Assembly: GCA_964543815.1 (NCBI GenBank)
Contig: CAZIZG010000007.1
Span: forward strand, 2,781-66,780
Length of the DNA: 64,000 nt
Source: an uncultured Bdellovibrionales bacterium
GTDB taxonomy: Bacteria > Patescibacteriota > Minisyncoccia > Moranbacterales > UBA1568
Direction of reading: 5' to 3'
A model generated the notes under the pieces. That model searched no databases. It was not told where the DNA came from and saw only the letters and a program-made list of their open reading frames with translations. Position numbers and translations under genes: made by a program. Position 1 is the first letter of the stretch. Every line of letters begins with the position of its first letter. Below are positions 11,982 to 21,619 of this stretch, one piece after another.

Positions 11982-12917
11982 TTAATTTACGGTTTTGTTC
12001 TTAACTGAACGAGCGATATCTTCACCAAGATTCCTCACTTTATCTTTAAGGGATTTCATCTCAGTATTGAGTGCCGCCCAAGCTGTAGGCTCCTCCTCAG
12101 TATCAAGTGATGTCTGTACTTCATCCATTCGGGCGCGCAGTTGAATATACTGTTCACGCTTCTGTGCCAAAGTAAACTCTGGTTGGGTATGCTCTAACGA
12201 TGGAAACGAAATTGAGTCCCCTCCCTGAACCGAACCAGTCACTGGTCGTTCCCCAGCCGGTACTGTAAAAGTTCGGCCCGCTACCCCCGTTTCGCCCATT
12301 TTCTCCCCTTGTGCTGCCAATGCTCGTCGAGCGGCCTCAATTTGCTTCTCAAGAGGCGCCAAAGTAAACATCAGCTGAGCTTGCTCGGTTGCTTTTTCGG
12401 AAAGAAGCTTTTTCTGAGCAGCCGCAATAGCAGGATCTTGGCCTGGTCTCCCTGCTTCCTGCTGGAGCCGCGCGATATCTCTGGTCAGACTCTGAAGAGT
12501 CGCCTCCTTGGCTGCGAGCGCACTCTCAAGCCGACTAAGTGACTGCTTTTCTAAAGTCAAAACAGGATTAACCGAAATATCTTTGCCCGGTCCGAACTCC
12601 GCTCCCTTTGGCACAAGCACTTGGTCAAGTTTGGACGCGTGAATCTTCATATCCTCAAGGCCAGAACCCTGTGTCGTAGACAGTCCCTGACGCAAACGCT
12701 CAAACTCGGCATCAGGAGTCTCTAGTCCCTTCTCGAGCAAATCAAATCCGGCCTGAAGCTTACCGTAGGTCGGTTCAATATTCGTATAGCCAGTCTTTCT
12801 CCGAGCCAGCGCCTCCGGAGCATCCCTTGAAAGGACAGGCCGATCAGAATCAAAATATGAAAGGTCTTTTTTTTCCGATACTGCCGATGGGTCAACCTGG
12901 GGTTTTTCGGGAGACAT
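11982..12917 (-). CDS. hypothetical coiled-coil protein
   Basis: 311-aa ORF with two long helical-hairpin-like segments; no family recognised. Confidence 0.8.
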   Translation of the reverse strand: MSPEKPQVDPSAVSEKKDLSYFDSDRPVLSRDAPEALARRKTGYTNIEPTYGKLQAGFDLLEKGLETPDAEFERLRQGLSTTQGSGLEDMKIHASKLDQVLVPKGAEFGPGKDISVNPVLTLEKQSLSRLESALAAKEATLQSLTRDIARLQQEAGRPGQDPAIAAAQKKLLSEKATEQAQLMFTLAPLEKQIEAARRALAAQGEKMGETGVAGRTFTVPAGERPVTGSVQGGDSISFPSLEHTQPEFTLAQKREQYIQLRARMDEVQTSLDTEEEPTAWAALNTEMKSLKDKVRNLGEDIARSVKNKTVN

Positions 12918-12952
12918 ACGCTCTACAATTTGAAAATGAAATTAAGACTCCG

Positions 12953-13450
12953 TTATTGCCTCGTTTCTTGTACCGCTTCGTGAAACATCTTTTCATTATT
13001 CAAGTCATCCAAGACAACTTTTCCTGCCTCAAATTCCTGTCTGAGTCTCGTGCGCTCAGCAATGATAGCTGCCTGTTTGGTCTCGTGCTCAGCTAAAACA
13101 CTTGAATCAACATTCTTCCCTAATTCCTGAAGTTTAGCCTTCATACCAGCCATACTCTTGGCATTAGCCTCATGTTCCGCTTTCAGAATATCGGATTGTA
13201 CCTTGAGCGCCAGAAGTTCCTTTTTCTTCGCATCAATTTCACCTGGCAATTCAGCCAAGCGGGCTTCAGCCACTTTTTCCAATTCACGAGAAGCGCCTGA
13301 CTCTGCATCCTCTTCTTCAGTCTTTCCCGCTTCTATCTGATGACCAAGAAGCAAATCATTTGCCAAAGATCCCTCATCAAAATTCGCCTTCATAGCAGCT
13401 CTCGCTCGCTGTGCTTCCTTACTACCTCGCATGATTTCAGCTTCGTTCAT
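12953..13450 (-). CDS. hypothetical coiled-coil protein
   Basis: ATG at 13450 (MNEAEIMR); E/K/A-rich heptads; follows a strong promoter. Confidence 0.75.
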   Translation of the reverse strand: MNEAEIMRGSKEAQRARAAMKANFDEGSLANDLLLGHQIEAGKTEEEDAESGASRELEKVAEARLAELPGEIDAKKKELLALKVQSDILKAEHEANAKSMAGMKAKLQELGKNVDSSVLAEHETKQAAIIAERTRLRQEFEAGKVVLDDLNNEKMFHEAVQETRQ

Positions 13451-13493
13451 AACCAAAGAGAAAAGGGTTAAAAATCGTTAGTACACTTTTAAT

Positions 13494-13522
13494 ATTATAC
13501 ACCTTTTTTATCAAAAAGTCAA
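13494..13522 (-). promoter_or_regulatory. strong sigma70 promoter TTGACT-17-TATAAT for the coiled-coil trio
   Basis: The minus strand reads ttgact ttttgataaaaaaggtg tataat. Confidence 0.75.
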
Positions 13523-13587
13523 TGACTGAAATTCGATGACATTTTTACGCCACCAGTATACCATATCCCCTTGAATAAGCCTTAGTT

Positions 13588-14439
13588 CTACTCCTTGACC
13601 AACTGAGGGAAGATGCGTTCAAAATTTGCTTCCGTGGCTTTTTCTACCTCGACTACCGTGACGTCATGAAGCTGCGCTATCCGGTGAGCAACCCCAAGTA
13701 CAAGGGCTGGTTCATTGCGTTCCCCTCGATGTGTCTGTGGCGCAAGAAACGGACAGTCCGTCTCGGTAAAAATGCGCTCAAGCGGAATCATTGTGACTGT
13801 TTCCGAGAGGTCATCTTTGGTGCCGACGATCGCCTTTTTCACTGGGTAGGTGATATTACCCGTGAAGGAAAAAAAGACATTCGGTAACGTCAAAAATTTT
13901 TTGGTCACTTCCGTGTCGCCCATATAACAGTGAAGGATAGCTGCCTTCAAGAGAGGACTCTGCTCTTGTAATATTTCAAACATATCACGGTAAGCATCAT
14001 CACTTCCGGGACTCGCCCGACAATGTAGAATCAGCGGAAGCTCAAGTTCTATGGCAAGATGTATCTGGGCCAAAAACCCTCTCTTCTGTCTCTCCTTTTG
14101 TTCGTCAGTAATGAGTTGCTTGGGATCATGGCTATAGTATTCTAATCCGCATTCTCCAATCGCTACGACCTTCTCATGCTTCGCCAATTCCCTCAGTTCT
14201 TTTATCTGATTTTCCAGATTCAAAATTCCGGATTCTAGATTTAAATCCTGGGGATGAATCCCGACGCTCGCAGAGATATCCGGGTATTCCTTCGCGAGCG
14301 CAACACACGCTTTACTTTCCTCCACCGTACAGCCAACCACAAAGAGCTTCTTCACACCAGCCTCTTTCGCACGCAAAATTACTGCGTCACGATCCGTGTC
14401 GTAACTGTGCCAATAAAGGTGAGTATGGATATCATACAT
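13588..14439 (-). CDS. tatD: TatD family hydrolase
   Basis: DIHTHL, VGIHP, AIGECGL, LILHCR, ILHC, ETDCPFLAP; ATG at 14439. Confidence 0.94.
   Translation of the reverse strand: MYDIHTHLYWHSYDTDRDAVILRAKEAGVKKLFVVGCTVEESKACVALAKEYPDISASVGIHPQDLNLESGILNLENQIKELRELAKHEKVVAIGECGLEYYSHDPKQLITDEQKERQKRGFLAQIHLAIELELPLILHCRASPGSDDAYRDMFEILQEQSPLLKAAILHCYMGDTEVTKKFLTLPNVFFSFTGNITYPVKKAIVGTKDDLSETVTMIPLERIFTETDCPFLAPQTHRGERNEPALVLGVAHRIAQLHDVTVVEVEKATEANFERIFPQLVKE
14214..14241. repeat. 4 x 7-nt degenerate tandem repeat inside tatD
   Basis: ccagatt caaaatt ccggatt ctagatt; encodes NLESGILNLE. Confidence 0.6.
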
Positions 14440-14501
14440 AGTTGTCAGTTTTCGTATCACTTGCTATGGTAGGGGCAACGCCACTCCCCCTAGGAGACAC
14501 C

Positions 14502-14630
14502 GTGCGCCTTCGTCACCGCGAAATGCTCCAGGCCATCCTCATCTGCGCCATGCTCATGGCAGTCGGTCTCTTGGCCAGCCACTTCGGCACCATCGACCTT
14601 GACGGACTCTTCGCCCTGGCCCGCACCTGA
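14502..14630 (+). CDS. small single-TM hypothetical protein (42 aa)
   Basis: Promoter TTGTCA-17-TATGGT (14442-14470), SD AGGAG, GTG at 14502, hydrophobic core, downstream terminator. Confidence 0.6.
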   Translation: MRLRHREMLQAILICAMLMAVGLLASHFGTIDLDGLFALART

Positions 14631-14647
14631 GCAACGCTCGACCCCAT

Positions 14648-14671
14648 ACGACCGAAACATCGGTCGTTTTT
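14648..14671 (+). terminator. intrinsic terminator
   Basis: acgaccga-aaca-tcggtcgt followed by tttt. Confidence 0.7.
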
Positions 14672-14674
14672 CAT

Positions 14675-16120
14675 TTATTTTATTCGTTGAAAAAGCGGTT
14701 CCACTTTTCCAGACATGAGAGCGGTAGCAATCTTGTCAGACGTACCTGGGAGAAACGGTCGAATCTCCGACCCAATGAGCGCCAATTGGTGCCTGGCATA
14801 TTTCATTACCTCAACAAACTTCTCTGATCGGGCTTCTAGTTTCCATGGCTCTTCTTTGCCGAGGTATTCATTGAGCATTTGGACGTTCGTCCAGATATGA
14901 ACGAGGGCACTCGAGAGGTCAAACTTAGCAAAGAAGGGTTCGAGTGCTCCAGACACCCCTTCCTCTGTCACTTCAATCTGCTTCGCCTCTTCGGTTGAAA
15001 GTTTTTCACTCAATTTGATGATGCGTGACACTAAATTGCCAAGGCCATTAGCCAAATCCGCATTGTATTTCTCGATCATTTTTTCCCACGATAAATCACC
15101 ATCTCGCGTGTACGGGAGTGCCGTGATGAGGAGATAGCGTGTCCCATCGATACCGAACTTTTCCACCAATTCATTCGGGTAGATGACATTGCCGAGAGAC
15201 TTCGACATTTTCTGACCATTGATGGTCAGATACTCATGTGCATAGATAGTGGTCGGAAGCGGGATGTCAGCTGAGAGGAGCATGGCTGGCCAGTAGATAG
15301 CATGGAAGCGAAGGATACCCTTGCCAATGACGTGCACCCGCTCGGAATCGCTCGCCCAGAATTGCTGATACAAATCCCCATCAGTGGCATAATCGAGCGC
15401 CGTGATGTAGTTCGAAAGCGCATCTACCCATACGTACATAATCTGTGTCTCATCCCCTGGTACTGGTACACCCCAGTTGCGGGCTCGAGCCACCGAACGA
15501 GAGATAGAGAAATCCTCGAGGCCCATCTTGAGAAACGACACTACTTCGTTCTTGCGATAGTCAGGATATATAGCAAGCTCACCACTCTCAATGAGTACAA
15601 GAAGTCTCTCCTGATAGTTGGAAAGTTTGAAAAACCAGTTTTCTTCTTCCACAACTTCTGGCTCCTTCAGATGATCCGGACACTCGCCGTTCACCAGGTC
15701 TTTCTCATTTTTAAACTCTTCACAGCCGACACAGTAGAGCCCTCTATACTTCTTCTTGTACAAATCTTCCGGTTTGAATGCAGCCCACATCTTTTGCGCC
15801 CCCACGAAGTGGCGCTCTTCGGTCGTCCGAATGAACTGATTAAAAGACAAATCAAGAGACTGGGCAAGCGCTTTGAAAGCCTCGGCATTTTCCGCTACAA
15901 ATTCTTTTGTTTCTCGACCAGCTTTCTCCGCCGCTTGGACATTCTTGAGACTGTTTTCATCCGAACCAGTGAGGAAGTAGGTTGGGCGGGACTGCTTGGC
16001 ATAGCGAGCCACGACGTCGGTCAACACCTTCTCAACCGCATGGCCAACATGAGGCGCTGCGTTGACATAGTCAATAGCCGTCGTGATAAAAAATGGCTTA
16101 TTTTCAGTATTATTTCCCAT
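14675..16120 (-). CDS. metG: methionine--tRNA ligase (short form, no C-terminal Trbp domain)
   Basis: TAIDYVNAAPHVGH, one Zn knuckle CVGC...CPDH, YVWVDAL, KMSKSLGN. Confidence 0.97.
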   Translation of the reverse strand: MGNNTENKPFFITTAIDYVNAAPHVGHAVEKVLTDVVARYAKQSRPTYFLTGSDENSLKNVQAAEKAGRETKEFVAENAEAFKALAQSLDLSFNQFIRTTEERHFVGAQKMWAAFKPEDLYKKKYRGLYCVGCEEFKNEKDLVNGECPDHLKEPEVVEEENWFFKLSNYQERLLVLIESGELAIYPDYRKNEVVSFLKMGLEDFSISRSVARARNWGVPVPGDETQIMYVWVDALSNYITALDYATDGDLYQQFWASDSERVHVIGKGILRFHAIYWPAMLLSADIPLPTTIYAHEYLTINGQKMSKSLGNVIYPNELVEKFGIDGTRYLLITALPYTRDGDLSWEKMIEKYNADLANGLGNLVSRIIKLSEKLSTEEAKQIEVTEEGVSGALEPFFAKFDLSSALVHIWTNVQMLNEYLGKEEPWKLEARSEKFVEVMKYARHQLALIGSEIRPFLPGTSDKIATALMSGKVEPLFQRIK

Positions 16121-16126
16121 AATATC

Positions 16127-16155
16127 TTGACACTTCGTTATTTATGATGTATAAT
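16127..16155 (+). promoter_or_regulatory. perfect consensus sigma70 promoter TTGACA-17-TATAAT
   Basis: ttgaca cttcgttatttatgatg tataat, pointing at ORF 16210. Confidence 0.85.
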
Positions 16156-16209
16156 GCATAGAACAGTACCATCGGTGCTGTCAGTTCCCCAACAACCTGG
16201 AGGTCCAAC

Positions 16210-16485
16210 ATGGACACCGAAGAGAAATTGACTGGGATCGAGGCCTTCTTGTTCGATACGGCCATGGGCGTCGCCATTGTGCTGGGTTGGCTCCTCGCAG
16301 CGGGGAGCTATCTGCTCCAACCGGAACGCAAGCAAACCCTCCAGCATGACTGGAACAGCCGGAAGGACTTCCGGCAAAGCGGCCTCCAACCGCAAAGTCG
16401 CGATGTGAGCGGCATGGTCATCGCCGGCATCACGCTGGTGTTGATCGCAGTGACCCTGATTGCCCTCTACCCCCGCCCTCTCTGA
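16210..16485 (+). CDS. small two-TM hypothetical protein (91 aa)
   Basis: Own promoter, GGAGG SD, two hydrophobic helices, downstream hairpin. Confidence 0.75.
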   Translation: MDTEEKLTGIEAFLFDTAMGVAIVLGWLLAAGSYLLQPERKQTLQHDWNSRKDFRQSGLQPQSRDVSGMVIAGITLVLIAVTLIALYPRPL

Positions 16486-16489
16486 CCCC

Positions 16490-16530
16490 CGAGCCCGATG
16501 CGTACTGCGCGTCGGGCTCGAACACTTTTT
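16490..16530 (+). terminator. terminator-like hairpin
   Basis: cgagcccgatgcg...cgcgtcgggctcg with a T-run shortly after. Confidence 0.6.
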
Positions 16531-16668
16531 AAGAACCCTTTTTCATACTATAAGTCATTTTCTTTCAGAAAAGCAATGGGAGAGAGCGTAGAATTCACCC
16601 GAAGAAATTCTTAGGTTCACCATTGTGTGCTCCCACAAAGCGGACCGGCTATGCCGGATTACACAGGA

Positions 16669-16729
16669 TTCACCCCGTGAAATATCCGCTAAGCGGATAC
16701 CTTGTCTGACAAGGATTTCACAGGGTAAA
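16669..16729. repeat. nested palindromic (REP/MITE-like) element overlapping the rsmI 3' end
   Basis: Ends ttcaccccgtgaaat / atttcacagggtaaa enclose two hairpins, atccgc-taa-gcggat and ccttgtc-t-gacaagg. Confidence 0.7.
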
Positions 16730-17393
16730 CAATAATCGTAAACTCTCCCTTCATTTTCCCAACCTTGGCCATCAAATATTCTTTTATCTCGGTCACACTT
16801 CCCCGTACCACTTCTTCAAAAACCTTGGTCAGCTCTCGTCCGAGAACGAGTTTTTTGTGAGGTGCCAGTTCAGTGAGAAACTCGAGATTTTTTATGACTC
16901 GATGAGGCGATTCGTAGTAGATAACTGGCAAAGCACTTGCAGCCACTTGTTTGAAAAAAGTCTCTCTCCCCTTCTTGTGAGGTGGAAATCCCAAGAAAGT
17001 GAATTCGCGCATATCAATCCCGGCCACTGAGATAATCGCTCCAAGAGCTGATGCACCAGGGATTGGTACTACCTGTATCCCTGCGGTAGCGGCGAGGGAC
17101 ACCAAGACATTGCCCGGGTCAGATATTCCCGGTGTGCCAGCATCAGTGACGAGCGCCATATTTTCACCCGCAAGCATCCGGTCGATGAGTTTCTGTGCTT
17201 TGTCCGCTTCGGTATGCTCATGAAAAGAAATGAGCGGTTTCTTCATTTCAAAATGACGAAGGAGATGGCCGGTGACCCGCGTATCTTCGGACAACACCAC
17301 ATCAACACTTTTCAGAGTCTCAAGCGCCCGAAGAGTGATATCACCGAGATTCCCAATAGGCGTAGCCACGATGTAGAGGATACCTGAAATCAT
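16689..17393 (-). CDS. rsmI: 16S rRNA C1402 2'-O-methyltransferase
   Basis: LYIVATPIGNLGDIT.RA, EDTR, DAGTPGISDPG, YESPHR, RELTKVFEE, KGEF. Confidence 0.97.
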   Translation of the reverse strand: MISGILYIVATPIGNLGDITLRALETLKSVDVVLSEDTRVTGHLLRHFEMKKPLISFHEHTEADKAQKLIDRMLAGENMALVTDAGTPGISDPGNVLVSLAATAGIQVVPIPGASALGAIISVAGIDMREFTFLGFPPHKKGRETFFKQVAASALPVIYYESPHRVIKNLEFLTELAPHKKLVLGRELTKVFEEVVRGSVTEIKEYLMAKVGKMKGEFTIIVYPVKSLSDKVSA

Positions 17394-17399
17394 ACAAGA

Positions 17400-17492
17400 A
17401 ATTTTCAATTTTCAAACAATGTTTTAATTTCTTAATTTTGAAATTTGTTCATTTTGAATTGTTTAAAAATTGAAACTTAGAAATTAGAAATT
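17400..17492. repeat. AT-rich inverted heptamer array
   Basis: aattttc aattttc aaacaat ... attgttt aaaaatt gaaactt agaaatt agaaatt. Confidence 0.65.
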
Positions 17493-17495
17493 TAC

Positions 17496-18527
17496 TTATC
17501 CTTGCTTTTCTTTCTTGAGCAGCAGGTCTTCCACAAACACCGAGAGAATCATCGTAATCGGAACAGAAAGAATGATACCAAGTGCGCCACCAAGCTCCAA
17601 TCCGACCAGAATAGCGATAATGAGAGCAACCGGATTGAGACCAGCCGAATGTTTCATCACCTGTGGCGCCACGATGTGTGCCTCCACCTGATGGGCCACG
17701 ATATAAAAGGCGAGGGCTGAAACACCGAGAAGTGGCGAAGAAAGAAGACCGACCAAGATAGCTGGCACGGCAGCAAGTACCGGTCCGACATAGGGAAGAA
17801 TCTCCATGAACCCACCAAAGAACGCTATGGCCAGCGCATACGGAACATCAAGGAGCGAAAGTCCGACAAAATAGATACCAAAAGCGATGACCATGAGCAG
17901 CATTTGGCCAAAAAGCCACTGACTCACCTTGCCCTGCATCCGGGTGGCAAGTGAGCGAGCCTGAGCATGGTATTCCTTGGGTGTCATGAGGAGAAAGAAT
18001 TTTTCAATACCTTGTTCCTCAAGCGACAGGTAGAGAGCGAGGAAAAAATATCCAATGAAATGGATAAAACCCTGAAACAGATTGATGGTGGTCGAAAAAA
18101 TTTGTGAGAACCAATGAGAGATATTACCCTCAATATTTTGCGAAAACTCATCTTTGCTGAACTCTATCCCGATACTCTCTGCGTATAACTGGATACCATT
18201 CATGAAAGAATCAAGCCGCTTGGTATACTGTGGCCAGTTGTCGAGAAACTGCTTGATTTCCGAGAAGAAGAGTGGCAGAAATACCGCGAGTAATATCACT
18301 CCTATGGCAAACAAAATCGCGTAGGCAATAATAACTGCCGCCGTCCGTGACAAACCAAACTTTTGGAGCCGGGTGATAGCTGGTACCAAAGCTGCCGCTG
18401 TCAATACCGAGAGAAGAACAAGAATAACCACATCCCGAATGAGATACACGACATAGGCCGCTGCCAAAAGGAGCGCTGCTCGCACAAGCACTTTGGTTCC
18501 CACTTCAACGTGGTCACTCACCGTCAT
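17496..18527 (-). CDS. AI-2E family transporter
   Basis: Multi-TM; LPYVGP, QVEAHIVAPQVM...GLNP...GALGIILSVP. Confidence 0.92.
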   Translation of the reverse strand: MTVSDHVEVGTKVLVRAALLLAAAYVVYLIRDVVILVLLSVLTAAALVPAITRLQKFGLSRTAAVIIAYAILFAIGVILLAVFLPLFFSEIKQFLDNWPQYTKRLDSFMNGIQLYAESIGIEFSKDEFSQNIEGNISHWFSQIFSTTINLFQGFIHFIGYFFLALYLSLEEQGIEKFFLLMTPKEYHAQARSLATRMQGKVSQWLFGQMLLMVIAFGIYFVGLSLLDVPYALAIAFFGGFMEILPYVGPVLAAVPAILVGLLSSPLLGVSALAFYIVAHQVEAHIVAPQVMKHSAGLNPVALIIAILVGLELGGALGIILSVPITMILSVFVEDLLLKKEKQG

Positions 18528-18537
18528 AGTATTTCCA

Positions 18538-19806
18538 TTAAAATTTCACCAGTTTTTTTAACTTGGCAACAGACGCCTTGGGTCCGATGACCGCGAGGTT
18601 AAGTTTTTTATTGACGAAAATATCACCTGCCACCCGGAGCACATCATCAGCGGTCACTTGATCAATCCTTTTGGCTACTTCTTTGGGAAGCGTAATCTCA
18701 CCTCGAATAGTTTCCTGACTCACCAGATACTCTACTACATCATCTGAGCCCTCGAGTCCCATAGCGAGTTTACCCTTGATATATTCCTTGGCCTTTTTCA
18801 ATTCTGACGCCTCTACTTTTTCTGTAGCAACCTTTCGGTACTCGTCAAGAATAACAGCGATAGTCTTTTCCAAATTTTCATGCTCCACTCCAGCCTGAGT
18901 AGCAAGATAACCAGCATCATGGAAGGCCTCAGTCATAGTATGGACACTGTAGGCCAACCCCCGTCGCTCCCGCACCGCCATGAAGAGTCGACTCGACATC
19001 CCGCCGCCCAAGAGGGTTGAGAGGACCGAGAGAACATAGCGATCGGGATGAAACATATCATAGGTTCGTACTCCAAGAATGAACTGAGTCTGATCTGTCT
19101 TTTTCGATTGTACGAAAACCTCCGGAACACTCTGCTTCTTGGTATTTTTCTTGAAAACTGGCCTCTTACCCGTCCTGATACCAGCAAAATGTTTTTCAAT
19201 CTCTTTCTTTACTCTCTTAGGATCAATATTGCCCGCCACCCCAATCACCACGTTTTCAGCCACGTAGCCCCGCTTCAAGTACTTGATGAAGTCAGCTCGC
19301 ATGAAGCGCCTCAGGTTTTCTTTGGGACCAATAATCTCCCAACCGAGTGGCGTATCACCATAGAGATGAAGCTCCCACAGGTCGCCGATATGACGCATGG
19401 GCATATCTTCATACATATTGAGTTCCTGAAGCACCGGGCCACGCTCGCGATCAATCTCCTCCTGTTCGATTTTGGCGTTGAGAAAGAGATCGGAGACTAC
19501 GTCCAGTGCTGTCTCCCAATGATGCGCCTCCACTTTAGCATAGTAGGCGGTACGATCCTTGCCGGTATAAGCGTTGTATTCCGCCCCAATAGCATCGAGT
19601 TCCTTGGAAATATCCATCGCGGTCGGTCGACGCTCTGTCCCTTTGAAAAACATGTGTTCAAGAAAGTGCGCCAAGCCATTTTCTGCTCGCGTCTCATAGC
19701 GTGACCCGACTCCGGTCATCACAATGACCGTGGCTGTCTGCGTCTCCTTCATCGGTGCGAGTAATACTCTCAGTCCGTTCTTTAGGGTGTATTTCTGGTA
19801 TTTCAT
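18538..19806 (-). CDS. M16 family (pitrilysin-like) zinc peptidase
   Basis: HFLEH inverted zinc motif, NAYT, GGGMSSRLF..VRE.RGLAYSV. Confidence 0.95.
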   Translation of the reverse strand: MKYQKYTLKNGLRVLLAPMKETQTATVIVMTGVGSRYETRAENGLAHFLEHMFFKGTERRPTAMDISKELDAIGAEYNAYTGKDRTAYYAKVEAHHWETALDVVSDLFLNAKIEQEEIDRERGPVLQELNMYEDMPMRHIGDLWELHLYGDTPLGWEIIGPKENLRRFMRADFIKYLKRGYVAENVVIGVAGNIDPKRVKKEIEKHFAGIRTGKRPVFKKNTKKQSVPEVFVQSKKTDQTQFILGVRTYDMFHPDRYVLSVLSTLLGGGMSSRLFMAVRERRGLAYSVHTMTEAFHDAGYLATQAGVEHENLEKTIAVILDEYRKVATEKVEASELKKAKEYIKGKLAMGLEGSDDVVEYLVSQETIRGEITLPKEVAKRIDQVTADDVLRVAGDIFVNKKLNLAVIGPKASVAKLKKLVKF

Positions 19807-19817
19807 GAGAAATAATC

Positions 19818-21203
19818 TTAATGTTGTTTCAAATAATCGGTAAGTTCCGTAATCTGTACTCGTTCCTGCTGCATCGTGTCGCGGTCACGGACAGTAACAG
19901 CACCGTCGGTCAGAGTATCGAAGTCCACTGTTACACAGTGCGGGGTACCAATCTCATCCTGACGGCGGTAGCGCTTGCCGACATTACCGTTATCATCGAA
20001 CTCACAGCGGAAATCTTTTTTAAGCGAGTTGAAAATTTCTCTGGCTTTCTCTACCAATTCCGGTTTGTTCTTCATGAGTGGAAACACGGCTACCTGTACC
20101 GGAGCGAGTTTCTTCGGAAACCTAAGGACAATCCGAGTATCGCCTTCACCCACCTCTTCTTCCGTATACGCGTCAGTGAGCACGGCCAAAAAGGTACGTT
20201 CCACACCAACAGAAGTCTCGACAATCCACGGCACAAATTTTTCATTGGTCTGTGGATCGCGATAGGAAAGATCGACACCTGAGGACTTAGCATGCTGGGT
20301 CAGATCATAGTCACTGCGGTTATGTATGCCTTCAAGCTCCTTAAAACCAAAGGGGAAATTATACTCAATATCCCACGCTGCCTTGGCATAGAACACCAGG
20401 TTCTCATGCTGGTGGAAGCGGAGATTTTCTGGTTTGATACCAAGGTCGATATAGTATTGGAACCGCTTGGCCCGCCACTCCTCATAGACAGCGGCTGCCT
20501 CGCTGGGATGTACGAAATACTGCATTTCCATCTGTTCGAATTCACGCTTACGAAAAATAAATTGGCGAGCGGTAATTTCATTGCGGAACGCCTTACCAAT
20601 CTGGGCGATACCAAACGGCACTTTCACCCGAGAAGAATCAAGGACGTTTTTGAAATTGACGTAGATACCCTGACAAGTCTCACCACGGAGGTAGGTCGGC
20701 TCCTTGGTCCAATCGCCTGTGAAATTGCCGAGGTTTGACTGAACCAAAAGATTGAAGCTCTTCGCTTCACTGAAGTTCTGCTTGCCACACTTCGGACACT
20801 TTACCTTGGTTTTGTTATCAGTAAACAACTGGTTGATTTCTGCTTCCGTCATCTTTTCATCAGCAAACACCCCTACTTCCTCCAGAAGATGATCGACACG
20901 TACACGCGAGTGACACTCTTTGCACTCGGCGAGCGGATCCGAAAATCCTCCCACATGACCCGATGCCTCCCAGACCCGTGGGTGCATAAATATCGCACTA
21001 TCAAGCCCGACGATGTTCTCATGATCACGCACCATCGCCTGCCACCAAGCCTCGCGGATATTCTTGGCGAGCTCCACCCCGTATGGACCGAAATCATACA
21101 CGGCCGCAAATCCCCCGTAGATTTCTGAAGAGGGAAAGATGAATCCGCGCCGCTTGCACAGTGACACTATTTTTTCCATCACATCGTTCTTGGTCTCGGC
21201 CAT
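19818..21203 (-). CDS. glyQS: glycine--tRNA ligase (alpha2, eukaryote/archaea-like type)
   Basis: CKRRGF, YLRGETCQG, AQIGKAFRNEI, REFEQME, GKRYRRQDEIGTP. Confidence 0.97.
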   Translation of the reverse strand: MAETKNDVMEKIVSLCKRRGFIFPSSEIYGGFAAVYDFGPYGVELAKNIREAWWQAMVRDHENIVGLDSAIFMHPRVWEASGHVGGFSDPLAECKECHSRVRVDHLLEEVGVFADEKMTEAEINQLFTDNKTKVKCPKCGKQNFSEAKSFNLLVQSNLGNFTGDWTKEPTYLRGETCQGIYVNFKNVLDSSRVKVPFGIAQIGKAFRNEITARQFIFRKREFEQMEMQYFVHPSEAAAVYEEWRAKRFQYYIDLGIKPENLRFHQHENLVFYAKAAWDIEYNFPFGFKELEGIHNRSDYDLTQHAKSSGVDLSYRDPQTNEKFVPWIVETSVGVERTFLAVLTDAYTEEEVGEGDTRIVLRFPKKLAPVQVAVFPLMKNKPELVEKAREIFNSLKKDFRCEFDDNGNVGKRYRRQDEIGTPHCVTVDFDTLTDGAVTVRDRDTMQQERVQITELTDYLKQH

Positions 21204-21208
21204 AGTAG

Positions 21209-21237
21209 TTGACAAAATATGAATTCTCCTGTATAGT
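21209..21237 (+). promoter_or_regulatory. sigma70 promoter TTGACA-17-TATAGT
   Basis: Begins a few nt from the glyQS ATG, divergent; points at ORFs 21322 and 21620. Confidence 0.75.
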
Positions 21238-21321
21238 ATACAAGTTGTTTTACAAGTTCATAGTACAGGCAAATCCCTGTTGTTTCAACCCAAAAGGCTC
21301 TCGCCGCTCGTTGGAGGATAC

Positions 21322-21609
21322 ATGCACTCGACTTCATATGCCGCACAAATGTGGGAGGTAGTCTCACATCTGGGATACATTCAGCTGGCCGGCGGCATCT
21401 TCTGCATAGGTGTCATTGCCTGCGTCGGAGCGATGCTCTGCTGGATCAAAGGCCGGTGGAAGAAGCCACCTTGTCCCAGAGCAACCTGCCAGTCCACCGA
21501 CGTGGAGCGCTTCACGCTCCCAAATGACCCAATCCGTCTCGTCCACTATCGCTGCCGCATGTGTGATCACGAGTGGCAAAGTGGTCCCACCCTCGTAGGA
21601 AACCATTGA
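21322..21609 (+). CDS. membrane-anchored zinc-ribbon-like protein (95 aa)
   Basis: GGAGG SD before ATG 21322; TM helix, then CPRATC...CRMCDHEW. Confidence 0.7.
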   Translation: MHSTSYAAQMWEVVSHLGYIQLAGGIFCIGVIACVGAMLCWIKGRWKKPPCPRATCQSTDVERFTLPNDPIRLVHYRCRMCDHEWQSGPTLVGNH

Positions 21610-21619
21610 AGGAGCATCC

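Noticed and set aside
15302-16147. 281-aa plus-strand ORF
   Set aside because: Antisense shadow of metG with no motifs; the same applies to 19048-19704, 21972-22577, 38208-38978 and 59806-60477.
16121-16600. T-box leader for metG (also checked for leuS, glyQS and argS)
   Set aside because: No GGTGGNACC T-box motif was found upstream of these genes.
17400-17492. CRISPR array
   Set aside because: Units are 7 nt with no spacers; no cas genes are in the window.
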